Numbered from the whole stretch's first letter, positions 27,278 to 39,600 are shown. The stretch: 59,490 nt of DNA, filler included, from Dugesia japonica (GCA_001938525.1; 4 parts of 4 records of this genome joined end to end with filler, not necessarily neighbours in it), one strand, 5' to 3'. The notes: generated by a model not told the origin, from the letters alone. Made by a program: numbers and translations.

Positions 27278-27790
27278 ATCCAAGAGGCGTTAAACAATGT
27301 TGTCCTGTGTCTATGACTATCTTTAGCCTTGCAATCGATTTTTTGATTCAAGATACAGCAAATAAATTTCCATTCATCAATACAGATTTTAATACAGCCA
27401 TCCTTGCCTACGCTGATGTCCAACAATCAATTGAAAAGTGTCTCTATGTTAAACAATATTGTTAGTCTCTCTGAGATCTATCAACTCCGGTTAAGACCCA
27501 GCAAATGTGGTTTCTTCACCAATAACAATCTGTTCACTTCGAGTGACGTTTAAATCTATGGCGAACATTTCCCAATCATCGATGAAGATAACCTTTACAA
27601 TTACCTCGGTGTGCCTTTTGGCGAAAAAAAGAAATGCAGCCTTGAAAAACTTATCTCTAAAGACATTGAGGACTACACCAAAATTTCTGAATCTGACCTT
27701 CATCCAGCTCATAAAATACAAGCGTATAACGTCAAAATTTACGAAATTCATAGTATATCCAATAAGGAGTATAGTTAAAAATCTGGTTCG
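27278..27790 (+). mobile_element. RLE-type (R2/NeSL-like) non-LTR retrotransposon RT fragment
   Basis: RGVKQCCPVSMTIFSLAID, LAYAD and YNYLGVPFG motifs. Confidence 0.85.
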
Positions 27791-28352
27791 GTGATCGATA
27801 AACATTTGATTGCCACCAAGTAGAATAAAGAAATTCCTTTAATCCTCGTTGCAGATTCTGAAACATTTTCAATAAGTATGAGTTTTGTTTCCGTTTCAAT
27901 TATATGTTAATCATGTAAGATAATCATTAAAAGTTACTTATTCTGTATTTATTAATCTGTGATTATGATTTTGTAGTCGATGATTAAACAGTGATACCCG
28001 ATTCGCACAGCCCAAATTGCACCTCGCACCTAACAATCCCGTAACTATCCTACTATAATTGGACGCAAACTTAAAATCAAAAAAAGTATTGAGTTTATAA
28101 AGATGGAATGCGTGTTAAAATATTCTATTACTCACACCGCTATTCAGGGATAGAGATTCAAATAACACCCTGGCTTCCAGAATTTGCAGATAAAGTAACT
28201 TGATTACTATGACTATGCAATTAATCTATATCATTGTTAGTCATATTTGCTACCATGATCGCTCTCAGCCGAAATCTGGGCTTATGTCTAATTTTCAAGG
28301 TCATACAATCTACATATTCAATTATGCCATCTTACGTTATTTTTTCTAGATC

Positions 28353-28523
28353 ATGTCCGAAGTTCTCCACACTACTTTACTACTAATCCGCCAAGAAAGG
28401 AAAATATCTCAACAGCGGCAAATGATCGCCCATCGATTGTTACCAAATAGGATCGAACCCCCAGGCGAGAAGGACCTCGCCTGCTTTGTAGAGTTGTTCC
28501 CAATAAATTCAAGTCGTGGCTAA
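28353..28523 (+). CDS. Array ORF A copy 3 (56 aa, below the ORF-track cutoff)
   Basis: ttctag|ATC ATG; MSEVLHTTLLLIRQERKISQQRQMIAHRLLPNRIEPPGEKDLACFVELFPINSSRG*. Confidence 0.7.
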   Translation: MSEVLHTTLLLIRQERKISQQRQMIAHRLLPNRIEPPGEKDLACFVELFPINSSRG

Positions 28524-28720
28524 TGTAATCTTTATTAAATGCTGGACTGTCGTCAATAAACATAACGTAATTTGTCGTTGACATGGTTCATTCCGAATGA
28601 TTTTTAATTCATTTTATAGTAAATAAAATATTCTACTCGTTACAAACTGTTGACTTCCTTTTATCTTCAATTGATTTTACTTAAATACATGTATACCTAT
28701 GTTATCCTTTTTATTTTTAG

Positions 28721-28988
28721 TGACCGAATTTGATGGATGTTGAAAGTAGATAAGGCCACCAGCCAAACAGTATTTCAACGTGTACTTAATCCATATAACC
28801 GGGACTCAGGGATACTAGTAGATCGATCAAACATGCCCCACGAAGTGGCAGCCGACCGCCGACAACTCGACTCAGCGGAGCGCTGGTGTTATCAACATTG
28901 GTCGAAAGACACGCAAACCTTTGGCGAATCCACCTTCCCTCTGTCCTCTCCGGAACTCGACATGGACAACTATTATGGGCACTACTAA
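28721..28988 (+). CDS. Array ORF B copy 2
   Basis: tttttag|TG ACC GAA TTT, then a 1-nt slip into WMLKVDKATSQTVFQRVLNPYNRDSGILVDRSN. AATAAA near 29011. Confidence 0.7.
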
Positions 28989-29258
28989 CCCATTTTCTCT
29001 TTTTGTGAGAAATAAAGATAATTGTTAATCGACTTCCAGCTCATGTTGTTTTATTCATTCTTACCAATTTGATTATAATCAAGGTTTAATTACTAATGGG
29101 TATTAACACTTTTGGATTAATAATTCTGTCCTTTACTTAAATAACTTCCTGATCAATATTTAAGTTTATTCCCCACAGGTTTAACACTAAACGAACCTCA
29201 CACTTTTTGACTAGTTAGAAGGTTGCTGGTAATATTGAATTAAATTAATTTCGTCTAG

Positions 29259-29616
29259 TGAATTCATCCCGTTATCGGTCTGTCGCTCTCATTAAGAAAA
29301 TAAGAGAGAGAGGTTAGGACCTCGAGATGGCCTGGGATCTGTACCGGTTATCGAAAGGAAAATGGGAGACCGAAGTTGCTAATAAAGTGCCATAGCTAAG
29401 CGGGCTCGGACTCGTTGTAAGGAGCACAAGCTTGAGATGAAAGTCTCCCACCATTAGAACCGCCTCTGGAAAGACCAGTTAACAACTCACACTGAAGTAA
29501 TCTAGTCCTTGCATCAACGTGAGACATAACTAGTGATTAATATTATAAAGCTGCGGGAACAACTACCATCCAAGCCGTTATCAAAAGACAAATCAACGCA
29601 AACTCCCCGCTCGTAG
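29259..29616 (+). pseudogene. Array ORF C copy 2 with DKSTQT
   Basis: gtctag|TG AAT; DLEMAWDLYRLSKGKWE...SLHQRET*LVINIIKLREQLPSKPLSKDKSTQTPRS*. Confidence 0.7.
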
Positions 29617-29765
29617 AATTATTAATGGAAAAACTCATGTAATGTAAAATAGATATTTGGAATGATCGTTATCAATTTTTCTTTGATGTTCATACCCCTG
29701 TTGAAAATTATGTCTTTACTAGAATTCTGTTGCCTTTATTTATCTGATAATTGTTTTTATTCTAG

Positions 29766-30125
29766 TGCCCAGAGTCGGTTTACCCAATTCTCTATGTCGA
29801 TGCTACAAGTTATTGACGAAATTCATCATAGAAAGACACTTTTCGAAAAAAAGTGAGCGGACTTTGCTCAGGCGACTGTCGCAGAAAAATTGTCTAATTA
29901 AAAAGCTCGAGGTCTCTAGTAAGAAACAGCTGGGATCGCGAGTTGCACCAACAATCAGCTTTTTAAAAAATTACTTTTCTAAAACAATACATCGCCGACT
30001 TGTCTGTGCGTCTCGAATTGGAAAAGTGGACTTTATGAAACAGTGACGATGACGAGGCCACGTTTGACTTTGCACACGTTGAGCCCGCTCAGTGGTTAAA
30101 CCTTGAAGAGATACATTTTATGTAA
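29766..30125 (+). pseudogene. Array ORF D copy 2
   Basis: ttctag|TG CCC AGA; PRVGLPNSLCRC...ERTLLRRLSQKNCLIKKL...NSDDDEATFDFAHVEPAQWLNLEEIHFM*. Confidence 0.7.
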
Positions 30126-30529
30126 AAATAAGTGTTTCATACAAATCACACATTTTTGTTTCAATAGTTATAGGTAAAAGGGAAAATGTAGAACCCGAAA
30201 CAGCAGGATGGGAGCGTGTACTTAAAGTACGCGTTGGTAGTCAACAACTCCATTCATAAAAGCCTGGCCATAGATGCTAGGTTAAATTTTTCGCGGGGTT
30301 CACGGAGTGCTGATTTTCCCCAACACCATAGTTTTCTATTCCTCACTAAGATGGATCCCAAACAATAATAATATTAATAAAAATAATAATAAAATGCAAC
30401 TATACTAGTAGTTATTTCTTCATTTTCTACTTGTTCCGTAGATACTACCAGGCTCTTTATCCTATGTAGTGTGTAGTGTCAATATGGTACATAAATGTTT
30501 TTACTAGTTCACACTCACTCATCTTCATT

Positions 30530-31001
30530 ATTAGTGAGTGCGACATTTTTGTTCTTAAAGCTTTACAACTGGTGGTTTTTCGAACAAATTGTTTTATTGA
30601 GACCGGCTTATTACTTTCATAACAGTCAAGGTATGACTGATGTTTTAATTATTATTCTTTATTGTTATGCCTTTTGCCTTCATCGTTGTTATATCACTCA
30701 AAAGGCTTTAACACTTCGGCATCAAGAAAATCCATTCTTTGAAGTAAACCCCTTTACTTTCGTCCTTAAATTTCTCAATGACTGAATTGAGACTCTTACT
30801 GTAAAAGTGGTGGCTTGTGTTGTAATTTGATATGTCCAATAACTGGTCCTTCACCATCAAACCGGTTATCTTTTCCAAACTTATGCCTACAACTTCAAGG
30901 AAAAGGCTATCAGTTTCTCCGGCTACTATATTTATTTTACGACGGTATTTTTCCAACTTCAATATACTGTAGTTTGTACATTCGTAAATTTGAGAGGTCA
31001 A
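30530..31001 (-). mobile_element. Polinton protein-primed DNA polymerase B C-terminal fragment
   Basis: AGETDSLF (DTDS motif), LDISNY...HHFYS...VIEKFKDE, EWIFLMPKC*S, KAKGI. Confidence 0.9.
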
Positions 31002-31036
31002 GTACTGTCTGTTTAATGTAGCTCAGACGATCTAAA

Positions 31037-32300
31037 TGTTGGGTTACTAGGCTTTTGATGTTCTTTTTGTTACTTCTGTCCTGGTCGAAATGTCGTTTTC
31101 TTGATTAAGATTTCTATCTGAGTGATGATACTTTGTAGCCACAAGAATTTGTGTGATGTCTTCTCTGGCGTCACGATTCCCCATTCCCGAATTCAGCGGG
31201 ACTATGCTGTGTCTTGTGTTTATTAATTTCGCCTTTATTGGCCCTATTCTTTTTGTGCTGTTGTATTTTGTTAACACGGAAAGCTTACAATAAAACTCTA
31301 ATTACTTTTAAACAATAACTTTATTTCGATATTTATAACATTATTCGTACAGATTAATGATTTCCTCGTGCTTTTATTTTTTTACGTCCTTGTTTGCTCT
31401 CCACGTCTTTGTCAGAGCCCGGACCGTTGCTATTAAATTTCTTTCACGATCGGCGTTTGCTTTTTTAATATCCACTCTAATCCGACAGGTCTGTATTAGG
31501 GCGAGATCGCGCTACTTTAATTTGACATTCTTCTCAAAACCATTGAACCGGCGCGAATCGTTTCTCGAAATAATAATATTTTTGATTGAAAATAATAATT
31601 TTAGATTTCTTGTTTCACACATATAATTAAGGATATAAACATGATTGATTATAAACAATTTAATATTAATATATTATTCTAATTTGGAATTCATTCCTCT
31701 TTCGCTACATATAATTATAATTTCTAAATTCCACTTCTTTCTTTAAATTTAATAATATTTATTCGATAATAATAAAAAATAATAATATTTATCACAAAAT
31801 AATAATAATGATACNTTTTAATGTTTTAATAAGCACAATCTTTGTCCAATATTTGTCCAATCTCCAATAATACAATCATCCTCTTCCTCCATAATCTGGT
31901 GGTCCTCTTCTTCTGTTATTTGGCTTTCTTTCTCCACGGTCTGTCAATCCACTTCTTTAATCTGATAATTTTCGTCATCAGATAAAATGATAACGTCTTC
32001 CTTCCTTTCCTTGGCTGGAAAACCGTTCATTTCATTTCCCCTAATCTCCTTAAATAAATTTCTATTCTTTCTTATAAATTGTGAAATATGCTGTGCATTC
32101 TGTGTGTGGAAATTAAAATATGTCCATACACTTATTCTTTTACAGTTAGAACAGATGTAGTATCTTATCCCATAATACCATTGACCATAATATTTCTCCA
32201 TAATATCTTGCCAATGGTCATTATGAACTGGACTTCAGCAGTATTTTGTACAAAATTTACATCGGTCGAGAAAATATTAACAGATTCATTATAAATACTA
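31037..32300 (-). mobile_element. Second-family small-ORF element end (terminus TGTTGGG at 31037)
   Basis: 31037-31280 is homologous, in inverted orientation, to 38100-38361. Carries ORF H (31341-31622) and a CxxC zinc-finger/acidic ORF (~31830-32270). Confidence 0.65.
31341..31622 (-). pseudogene. Array ORF H copy (coiled-coil, SIM-like tail)
   Basis: MCETRNL...RDLALIQTCRIRVDIKKANADRERNLIATVRALTK...EEIINLYE*, homologous to 37727-38042. Two internal stops. Confidence 0.7.
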
Positions 32301-32879
32301 CATTAACATGATTAATTATTTTAGACTGTATAATTTGCAACAATGTTGCATATTGAAACTTATGTTAATTATATAACATTTCTATAATTTTTATTAATAT
32401 AACAAAATAAATAACTTAAATATATCAATTGAAATTATATGCATGTCTTAAAATTAACTTGCAAGTTTTAAATGCAAAATAAAGCAAATCAACATAAATT
32501 CAAAATCACATCATTATTATTATTTAAAAATCAATCAAATCATATAAAAAGTCTATAATTTATTATTATTGAGATTAATAAAACTTTTAAAATAAATCTA
32601 ACTTCAAAAATAAAATATCAATTTTTAGTGACAATTGAAATAGATTATTTGCTTTGAGAGAAATCGTATAAAATAGTTCAGAATCGCTTTCTGTTAAATA
32701 TTTACTTAATTCTTCTAATTCTGTTATGTATAATTCATTTTTCAACTGTATAGTATGATAACTTACTTTAGAATACTCTATTTTAAATTTTACATATTTT
32801 ATTGGATAATCTTCTTTAAATATTGTATAAATATTACTATAATACTTAAGATCCATTTTGTTAGTCTTATGTGGGAATC

Positions 32880-33350
32880 TAAATCTATTTTCGATTTTTA
32901 CATTTTCAAATATAATAAAATATGGTTATTCACAACTAATAGTTAAATAACCCATATGAGATATATAAACGTTTTCATTTTCACTGACAGTCAAGGATTG
33001 NNNNNNNNNNNNNNNNNNNNNNNNNNNNNNNNNNNNNNNNNNNNNNNNNNNNNNNNNNNNNNNNNNNNNNNNNNNNNNNNNNNNNNNNNNNNNNNNNNNN
33101 NNNNNNNNNNNNNNNNNNNNNNNNNNNNNNNNNNNNNNNGATTTTGAAGCTCAACAATGAATTTACTAGCATTATTATTCGGATGAATAAGAGGACAGCT
33201 ATTACTCGGTAAATGTGTATAGAAATCATTCGATTTCATTATAAACTAAGTTTGATGCTAATATCTAAGTAGGTTTTTCATATCCAACCCACTTAACATA
33301 ATATTGTTTATTCTTTTTTGTCCTTTNGACTTTATAATTTTTTCAATTCG
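32880..33350 (-). mobile_element. Polinton integrase chromodomain end plus minor capsid (penton) start
   Basis: VKWVGYEKPT*I, followed by MKSNDFYTHLPSNSCPLIHPNNNASKFIVELQN. Confidence 0.85.
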
Positions 33351-33359
33351 AAATATCCT

Positions 33360-33532
33360 CGGTGGAGGAATCACATGTAATTCTTGCTCATAGAACTTTC
33401 ACTGCGGCTATCTGAGCTTCTCAATAATTTTGGCGAGTCTGTACAGCTCCCAAGACATCCCTTGGTCATCGCTGTATTCTCTTCGACACTTACAGGTGTA
33501 TAAAGGGGTTGATTGTGCTCTATTGTTACTCA
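33360..33532 (-). pseudogene. Array ORF C copy 3 (5' fragment)
   Basis: cttctag|TG AGT...EYSDDQGMSWELYRLAK aligns with DIDMTWDVYRLAK and DLEMAWDLYRLSK. Confidence 0.65.
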
Positions 33533-33779
33533 CTAGAAGATAAAGAATCACTTATTTTTTATTTATCAATAGCATTTTGAGGATTATTTAATAAAGAGAG
33601 TTTACAATAAAATAATATGCCCATTTTTTGTATTTTAGTTAGCAAGAAAGTCACTATAGAAGTATGTGTGTCTTAGTTAAAAAGAAAAGTATTTAATCCC
33701 AATTTTACAGTAAAAAACACAGAATGAACGATCCACAGACATTTCCTATAAAATACATTTCCTTTATAATATATTTCCT

Positions 33780-34170
33780 ATATAGTAAATTTTTAACTTT
33801 TTCTGAGCGTATACTTTGTTCCTCATCTTTGTTTGTTGTTTTGTATATTTTAACGTTTCTTTTCCTTTTTGGATCCTCATGTTTGTTTAAACACTGCTCG
33901 CAATCTGGTAATCGTGAAAGTGCATCAGCATTAATATGTTCACGACCTTTTTTAAATTTTACAATCATATCAAAGATTTCCAGTTCAGCTTTCCATATGT
34001 AGTATTGTGACGTATTTTTGCTATTTCAAATAAGCATCCATTTTAATGCTTGATGATCTGTTCTTACTACAAATTATTATCCCATTAAATAGTGCTTAAA
34101 CTTGAGAACAAACACATATATTGCCAGAAACTATTTTTTTGTGATGCAGTACTGTTTCTGACTTTTTGTT
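33780..34170 (-). mobile_element. Gypsy RNase H fragment
   Basis: QYCITKK*FLAI...FKHYLMG..FVVRTDHQALKW...KKGREHINADALSRLP. Confidence 0.9.
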
Positions 34171-34297
34171 NNNNNNNNNNNNNNNNNNNNNNNNNNNNNN
34201 NNNNNNNNNNNNNNTTAATTAATTAANNNNNNNNNNNNNNNNNNNNNNNNNNNNNNNNNNNNNNNNNNNNATCTTTATTTTTATTTTAATAATTATT

Positions 34298-34330
<33 letters not shown>

Positions 34331-36563
34331 AATAATAAATTGACAAATTATTTTAAAAAATTTACCACGAAATCTGTCCAAGTTATTGGAGGTTTCAGGC
34401 TTCTGAGGATTATAATAGTTAATAGTTACATTTTTACCATTGAAATGCATATTTAGTTTATTATCGTGAAATTGAAATGTCATATTGAATTCATTTTCGT
34501 TCTTAGTGATTTCTATGTAAATTAATAATTAAACGAATAATATAAGTTTATAAAATTTATAAATTTTTGTCTTGATATAAATTTCATTTTTAAAATTTTA
34601 GATAGGTCATTGGTGAACTTGTGCCAATTTTGTAACCAATTTCTTGTTAATAGTCTTTAATTTGATTTAACTTACTTTAACCAAAATCAAGCAGCTGGTT
34701 GAAGAAATGCAGGCACTCCACCTTTTTTGCATATGATGTATTAATACATTTATATATGACTCCTAGCACTATCAAAAGTAACAGAATTCTATTATGAGGA
34801 AGAGTTACAACTGGAAATATAATAAAAATCCACTTTGTGATTAAATTTAGTTAATACATGATTTAAGCCCGGCAAGGTAGACATCTTTTACTCCATTTTT
34901 TTAAAAACTTTTTTCTTTTCTCCTTTAATAATTATTGTTGGTGATGATTCTTAAAGTTCATTTTTTTAAAAACCTTACCAATTAGAACATCGTAAAAGGA
35001 AAATTTTAAAATAAATACATCAATTTACAAATTAGTAATGTGTAATTAATACAAAAATTGTAAATTGCTGGTGGATTTTTGGNNNNNNNNNNNNNNNNNN
35101 NNNNNNNNNNNNNNNNNNNNNNNNNNNNNNNNNNNNNNNNNNNNNNNNNNNNNNNNNNNNNNNNNNNNNNNNNNNNNNNNNNNNNNNNNNNNNNNNNNNN
35201 NNNNNNNNNNNNNNNNNNNNNNNNNNNNNNNNNNNNNNNNNNNNNNNNNNNNNNNNNNNNNNNNNNNNNNNNNNNNNNNNNNNNNNNNNNNNNNNNNNNN
35301 NNNNNNNNNNNNNNNNNNNNNNNNNNNNNNNNNNNNNNNNNNNNNNNNNNNNNNNNNNNNNNNNNNNNNNNNNNNNNNNNNNNNNNNNNNNNNNNNNNNN
35401 NNNNNNNNNNNNNNNNNNNNNNNNNNNNNNNNNNNNNNNNNNNNNNNNNNNNNNNNNNNNNNNNNNNNNNNNNNNNNNNNNNNNNNNNNNNNNNNNNNNN
35501 NNNNNNNNNNNNNNNNNNNNNNNNNNNNNNNNNNNNNNNNNNNNNNNNNNNNNNNNNNNNNNNNNNNNNNNNNNNNNNNNNNNNNNNNNNNNNNNNNNNN
35601 NNNNNNNNNNNNNNNNNNNNNNNNNNNNNNNNNNNNNNNNNNNNNNNNNNNNNNNNNTGAACTATTTAATTTATTCATTAAATTTTTGAAATGCGAATAA
35701 TATTATAATAAAAATATTATAAACGATTAAAAATTCATGTAAAATACAAACCTAAATCCGACATTAAATATATATGTGTTTGCACGAAATTTAGAAGGAA
35801 ATTATAGTATCTAATTTCAAGACTATAATCTGTGAGTTCAACCCATAATGTTCGGTAACTATTATCTATTGCATAAAATATCAATCCCTGATATTTATTC
35901 ACATAAATTCGTAAACCAAGTCCTTCTTCCAAGAAAAAAGCTTCCTTTTCAATTTCCAAACTTCCTTGCCAAAATGAATTTGAAATTTCTGAAGAAAAAC
36001 TAATTGATTCATCTATTTGTTGAGCTGAAACAAAAGAAGCTAAATTTTATAAATTTCACCAAAATTATTAAAAACGTTTTATTTAATTTCATTATTATAC
36101 TTTAATTTTATTGGATTCGTTGTCAATAATTTAATTGGAATAATTTAATAGTAATTGTGGGAGAAAAGTTTCAAAAAACAAAATAATTTAATTTTAATTT
36201 ATGAATAACAATTATTGCTAGAATAATTGTTGGATTTATCATTTCTCAGAATTCATTAAAATAAAAGTTTAGATCAAAAATTTTTTTTTGGTTTTTGATA
36301 ATTCTAAGACGAACAAAAGTCAATTCCTGACAAAGACAAAGTCGAAAATATTTATTATCAAAAACCAAATACAAAAAAATACTGGATCGAAGATTTTATT
36401 TTAATGAATTAATTTATGAAAATTATATTTCTTCAGAAAATGTTATAATGAAATTAATATTTTCTTATTTATAATATATTAGTAAGTTTAATAATTATAT
36501 TAATTTTGAACTGTTTAACTTTGATCGTATTAAATTAAAACTGTTAAATTTTAATTTGCATTA

Positions 36564-38361
36564 ATGCCAAAAGGGTGTTCATTCCAGTCAACCATCATAA
36601 ACAATATGCCTGATCTATGGAACTCCATCGGCAAGTATGAAACGCACCATGATCCATGGTGGATCACTCAGGATCGCCTCCGACAGAAGGATCAGGAGCT
36701 GTTAACTCTGATAGAGAAATTGAATCAACAGAAGGAGACACTACGACAGAAGATCGCAATACTGGAGGAATTGCAGAAAGGAGTGGAACAACAAGAGCAG
36801 CACTACAACGATCAGCCAGTGGAGATCATTAGCAGGAATGAACGACGGGAAAAAGAAATGATATCTTTGNNNNNNNNNNNNNNNNNNNNNNNNNNNNNNN
36901 NNNNNNNNNNNNNNNNNNNNNNNNNNNNNNNNNNNNNNNNNNNNNNNNNNNNNNNNNNNNNNNNNNNNNNNNNNNNNNNNNNNNNNNNNNNNNNNNNNNN
37001 NNNNNNNNNNNNNNNNNNNNNNNNNNNNNNNNNNNNNNNNGAAACTTTAGTGTGATTAATGTATGATCATTGTGTTAACAGCAATACAGTTTTAACTCTA
37101 GTATTTTCATGTCTTGATTATATTACATAATAATGTGTTAAAATGAATCAACGGATAAGGAGGAGTTAAAATAGAAATTCGTTTTAAATGTTTGTGAATC
37201 CTGATTTAAAATGATAGTGATAGATAATATGCTGAATGATTTTTATNNNNNNNNNNNNNNNNNNNNNNNNNNNNNNNNNNNNNNNNNNNNNNNNNNTACT
37301 ATATACAGAACTGCATCAACATCAACAGCGAGTAATCCAAAGTTCGCGTACTACTCAGCTTAAAGCAGAAAAATTCAACAAGATGTCGGATCGGTTAAAC
37401 ATAAAAGTCGAAGCTATGTTACGACAGATTCTAATACCGCTCGATGGAACTATTGAAAANNNNNNNNNNNNNNNNNNNNNNNNNNNNNNNNNNNNNNNNN
37501 NNNNNNNNNNNNNNNNNNNNNNNNNNNNNNNNNNNNNNNNNNNNNNNNNNNNNNNNNNNNNNNNNNNNNNNNNNNNNNNNNNNNNNNNNNNNNNNAGAAA
37601 TTCGTTTTAAATGTTTGTGAATCCTGATTTAAAATGATAGTGATAGATAATATGCTGAATGATTTTTATATTTTATAAAATAATTGTATAATTAAAGTTA
37701 TGAATATTATGTCAAATTATTTCCAGTGACGGATACAAAGAAATTAACGAACACTTCGATCGCGGATATTCGAAAAAGTGGGCATCGTTACAAAAGAAAC
37801 TGCAGTAGTAAATCGTAGAGCTACAACGAAAGAATGCTACGTTATGTGAAAAGAACACCAGATTACAGGAGCAAGATCTGGCATTAGGTCAATCATGTCG
37901 GGCAATGGTGGACATTATTAAATCGTATGCGGATCGGGAAAGCGTCATGACTGCCACGGTGCGTACGCTCACACAAGCATCAAAATTAACGCCTGAAGTG
38001 GAAAAAGAAAAGCCAAAGGATATCATTGAGCTGGACGAGTAATCTTGATTGAAATAAAAGTTTTGTACAGCATGTATTTTGAATTTTTTTTGTTAATATT
38101 GATTAATGAAGTCTAATTTCCAAAACGAGAGACGGATAGAAATTGAAATCTAAGACGGGATACAGCATAGTCCTGCTGAATCCGGGAAAAGGGTGATCGC
38201 GTTACTAGAGAGAGTAACACAAATTTCTGTGGTTGCTAGGTATCATCTCCCAGACAGAAAAGAGATTTAGAAGAAAGAAACAAATATGATAAAGTGATTA
38301 TAAATAAAGATCAAGAGAAACACAAGATTAAAACAACATCAAAAAGCCTAGCAACCCAACA
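36564..38361 (+). mobile_element. Second-family small-ORF element: three helical/coiled-coil ORFs then a terminus ending CCCAACA
   Basis: ORFs at 36564-~36870, ~37297-37459 and 37727-38042 (ttccag|TG, ends KDIIELDE*, AATAAA near 38053). Terminal ~260 bp homologous to 31037-31280. Confidence 0.65.
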
Positions 38362-38689
38362 ACTTAATTAAAATTAAAATAATTTGACTTAATTTAAACA
38401 AAGAATCATTAAAAACCATCAATTAAAGCAAAAATAACTAAAATCTATTGATTACGTAACAATTACGTCATCATTGTATAACTATGACGACATCATTTCA
38501 TAACCATGGAAGCATTTCGTAATCAGCATACATTGAATTTCAACCAATCAAATTGAAGCCTATAAAAAATTTTAGGGTTAGTGAGGCTGTGCGGACCTAT
38601 TCCATTACTGTTTTTGAATTAATTTTAATTACTGAAGTTTTATTTGGTTAATTTTTATTTTTTTAACTTTAATTATTTTATTACTATAA

Positions 38690-39110
38690 ATTACACTGAT
38701 TTTAGGATTATCTTCGTTAATTAGTAATTTTTTCCCATGAAGTACGGAAATGTAGCCTCTTCTTAGTGTTTCCTATTTATGTGATGTTTTTCTAATAAAA
38801 TTTTATGTTTGTGTTAAAATTGTTTGAAGACTTCACTTTCTTTTTGTTTGAGATATTTCTTAATTTTTTTTCGGATGGTTCTGCATGTTTCACTTATATT
38901 TGTTTCTTTACATAAGGTGCATGTTTTTTTATTAGTAAATTTTTTTCTTATTGCATATGTTTCTACAATCACTAATGCATTTAGGATCACAAAAATATTG
39001 TCGTGGTTTCTGTAATTGGATGCATAAAGGTACTTGCGTTTTGAATATGATTTTTGGATTGTGCTTGAGTTTAGACTTTTTATATTATATTGTGCATAAT
39101 TTTGCTACAT
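38690..39110 (-). mobile_element. Penelope-like element GIY-YIG endonuclease fragment
   Basis: TCTLCKETNISETCRTIRKKIKKYLKQKESEVFKQF matches the C..C...YIGET.R....R..EH pattern in degenerate form. Confidence 0.7.
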
Positions 39111-39600
39111 TTCTCATTATAAGATAGTTTTGTTAATCAGATTAAAATTTTTTGTATTTTAAAGCGAAATTTATTAAAGCCAGATTTTTTTTATATTTGA
39201 ATTAGAAAAATAATTTATAAAATAAATTTTTAAAATTTAATTTGTTACAACTAAGGAATGAGAAATTTAGAATGTGTGTTGAACATAAAATTTTAATGTG
39301 TATTAAATGAAATGTATATTTTTACTGTATTTTAAAATCTGATATTGATAAAATTTCAAAATTAAAATATATTTGAATAGAATAAAATATGAAATGAAAG
39401 AAATTGAAATATGTTTGTTTAGGGTATTTTAAAATTTGATATTAATAGAACTTTAATATTAAAATATTTAATAAATGCTGATATTGAATATTTTTCTTTT
39501 TTGAATATGAATTTTTAAATTTGTTTGAAAAAAGTAAATTTATGCTTATTAGTTTTTAATTGTGAATAAATTTTGCAATGGAATCGAGTTCTGATATTAA

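Noticed and set aside
35046-35700. Long ORFs of ~200 aa in the ORF track
   Set aside because: Composed almost entirely of N (assembly gap).
37170-37670. Identical ~75-bp direct repeat flanking N gaps (similarly 4076-4220 vs 4325-4470)
   Set aside because: May be contig-end overlap or collapsed tandem units; cannot be resolved without reads.
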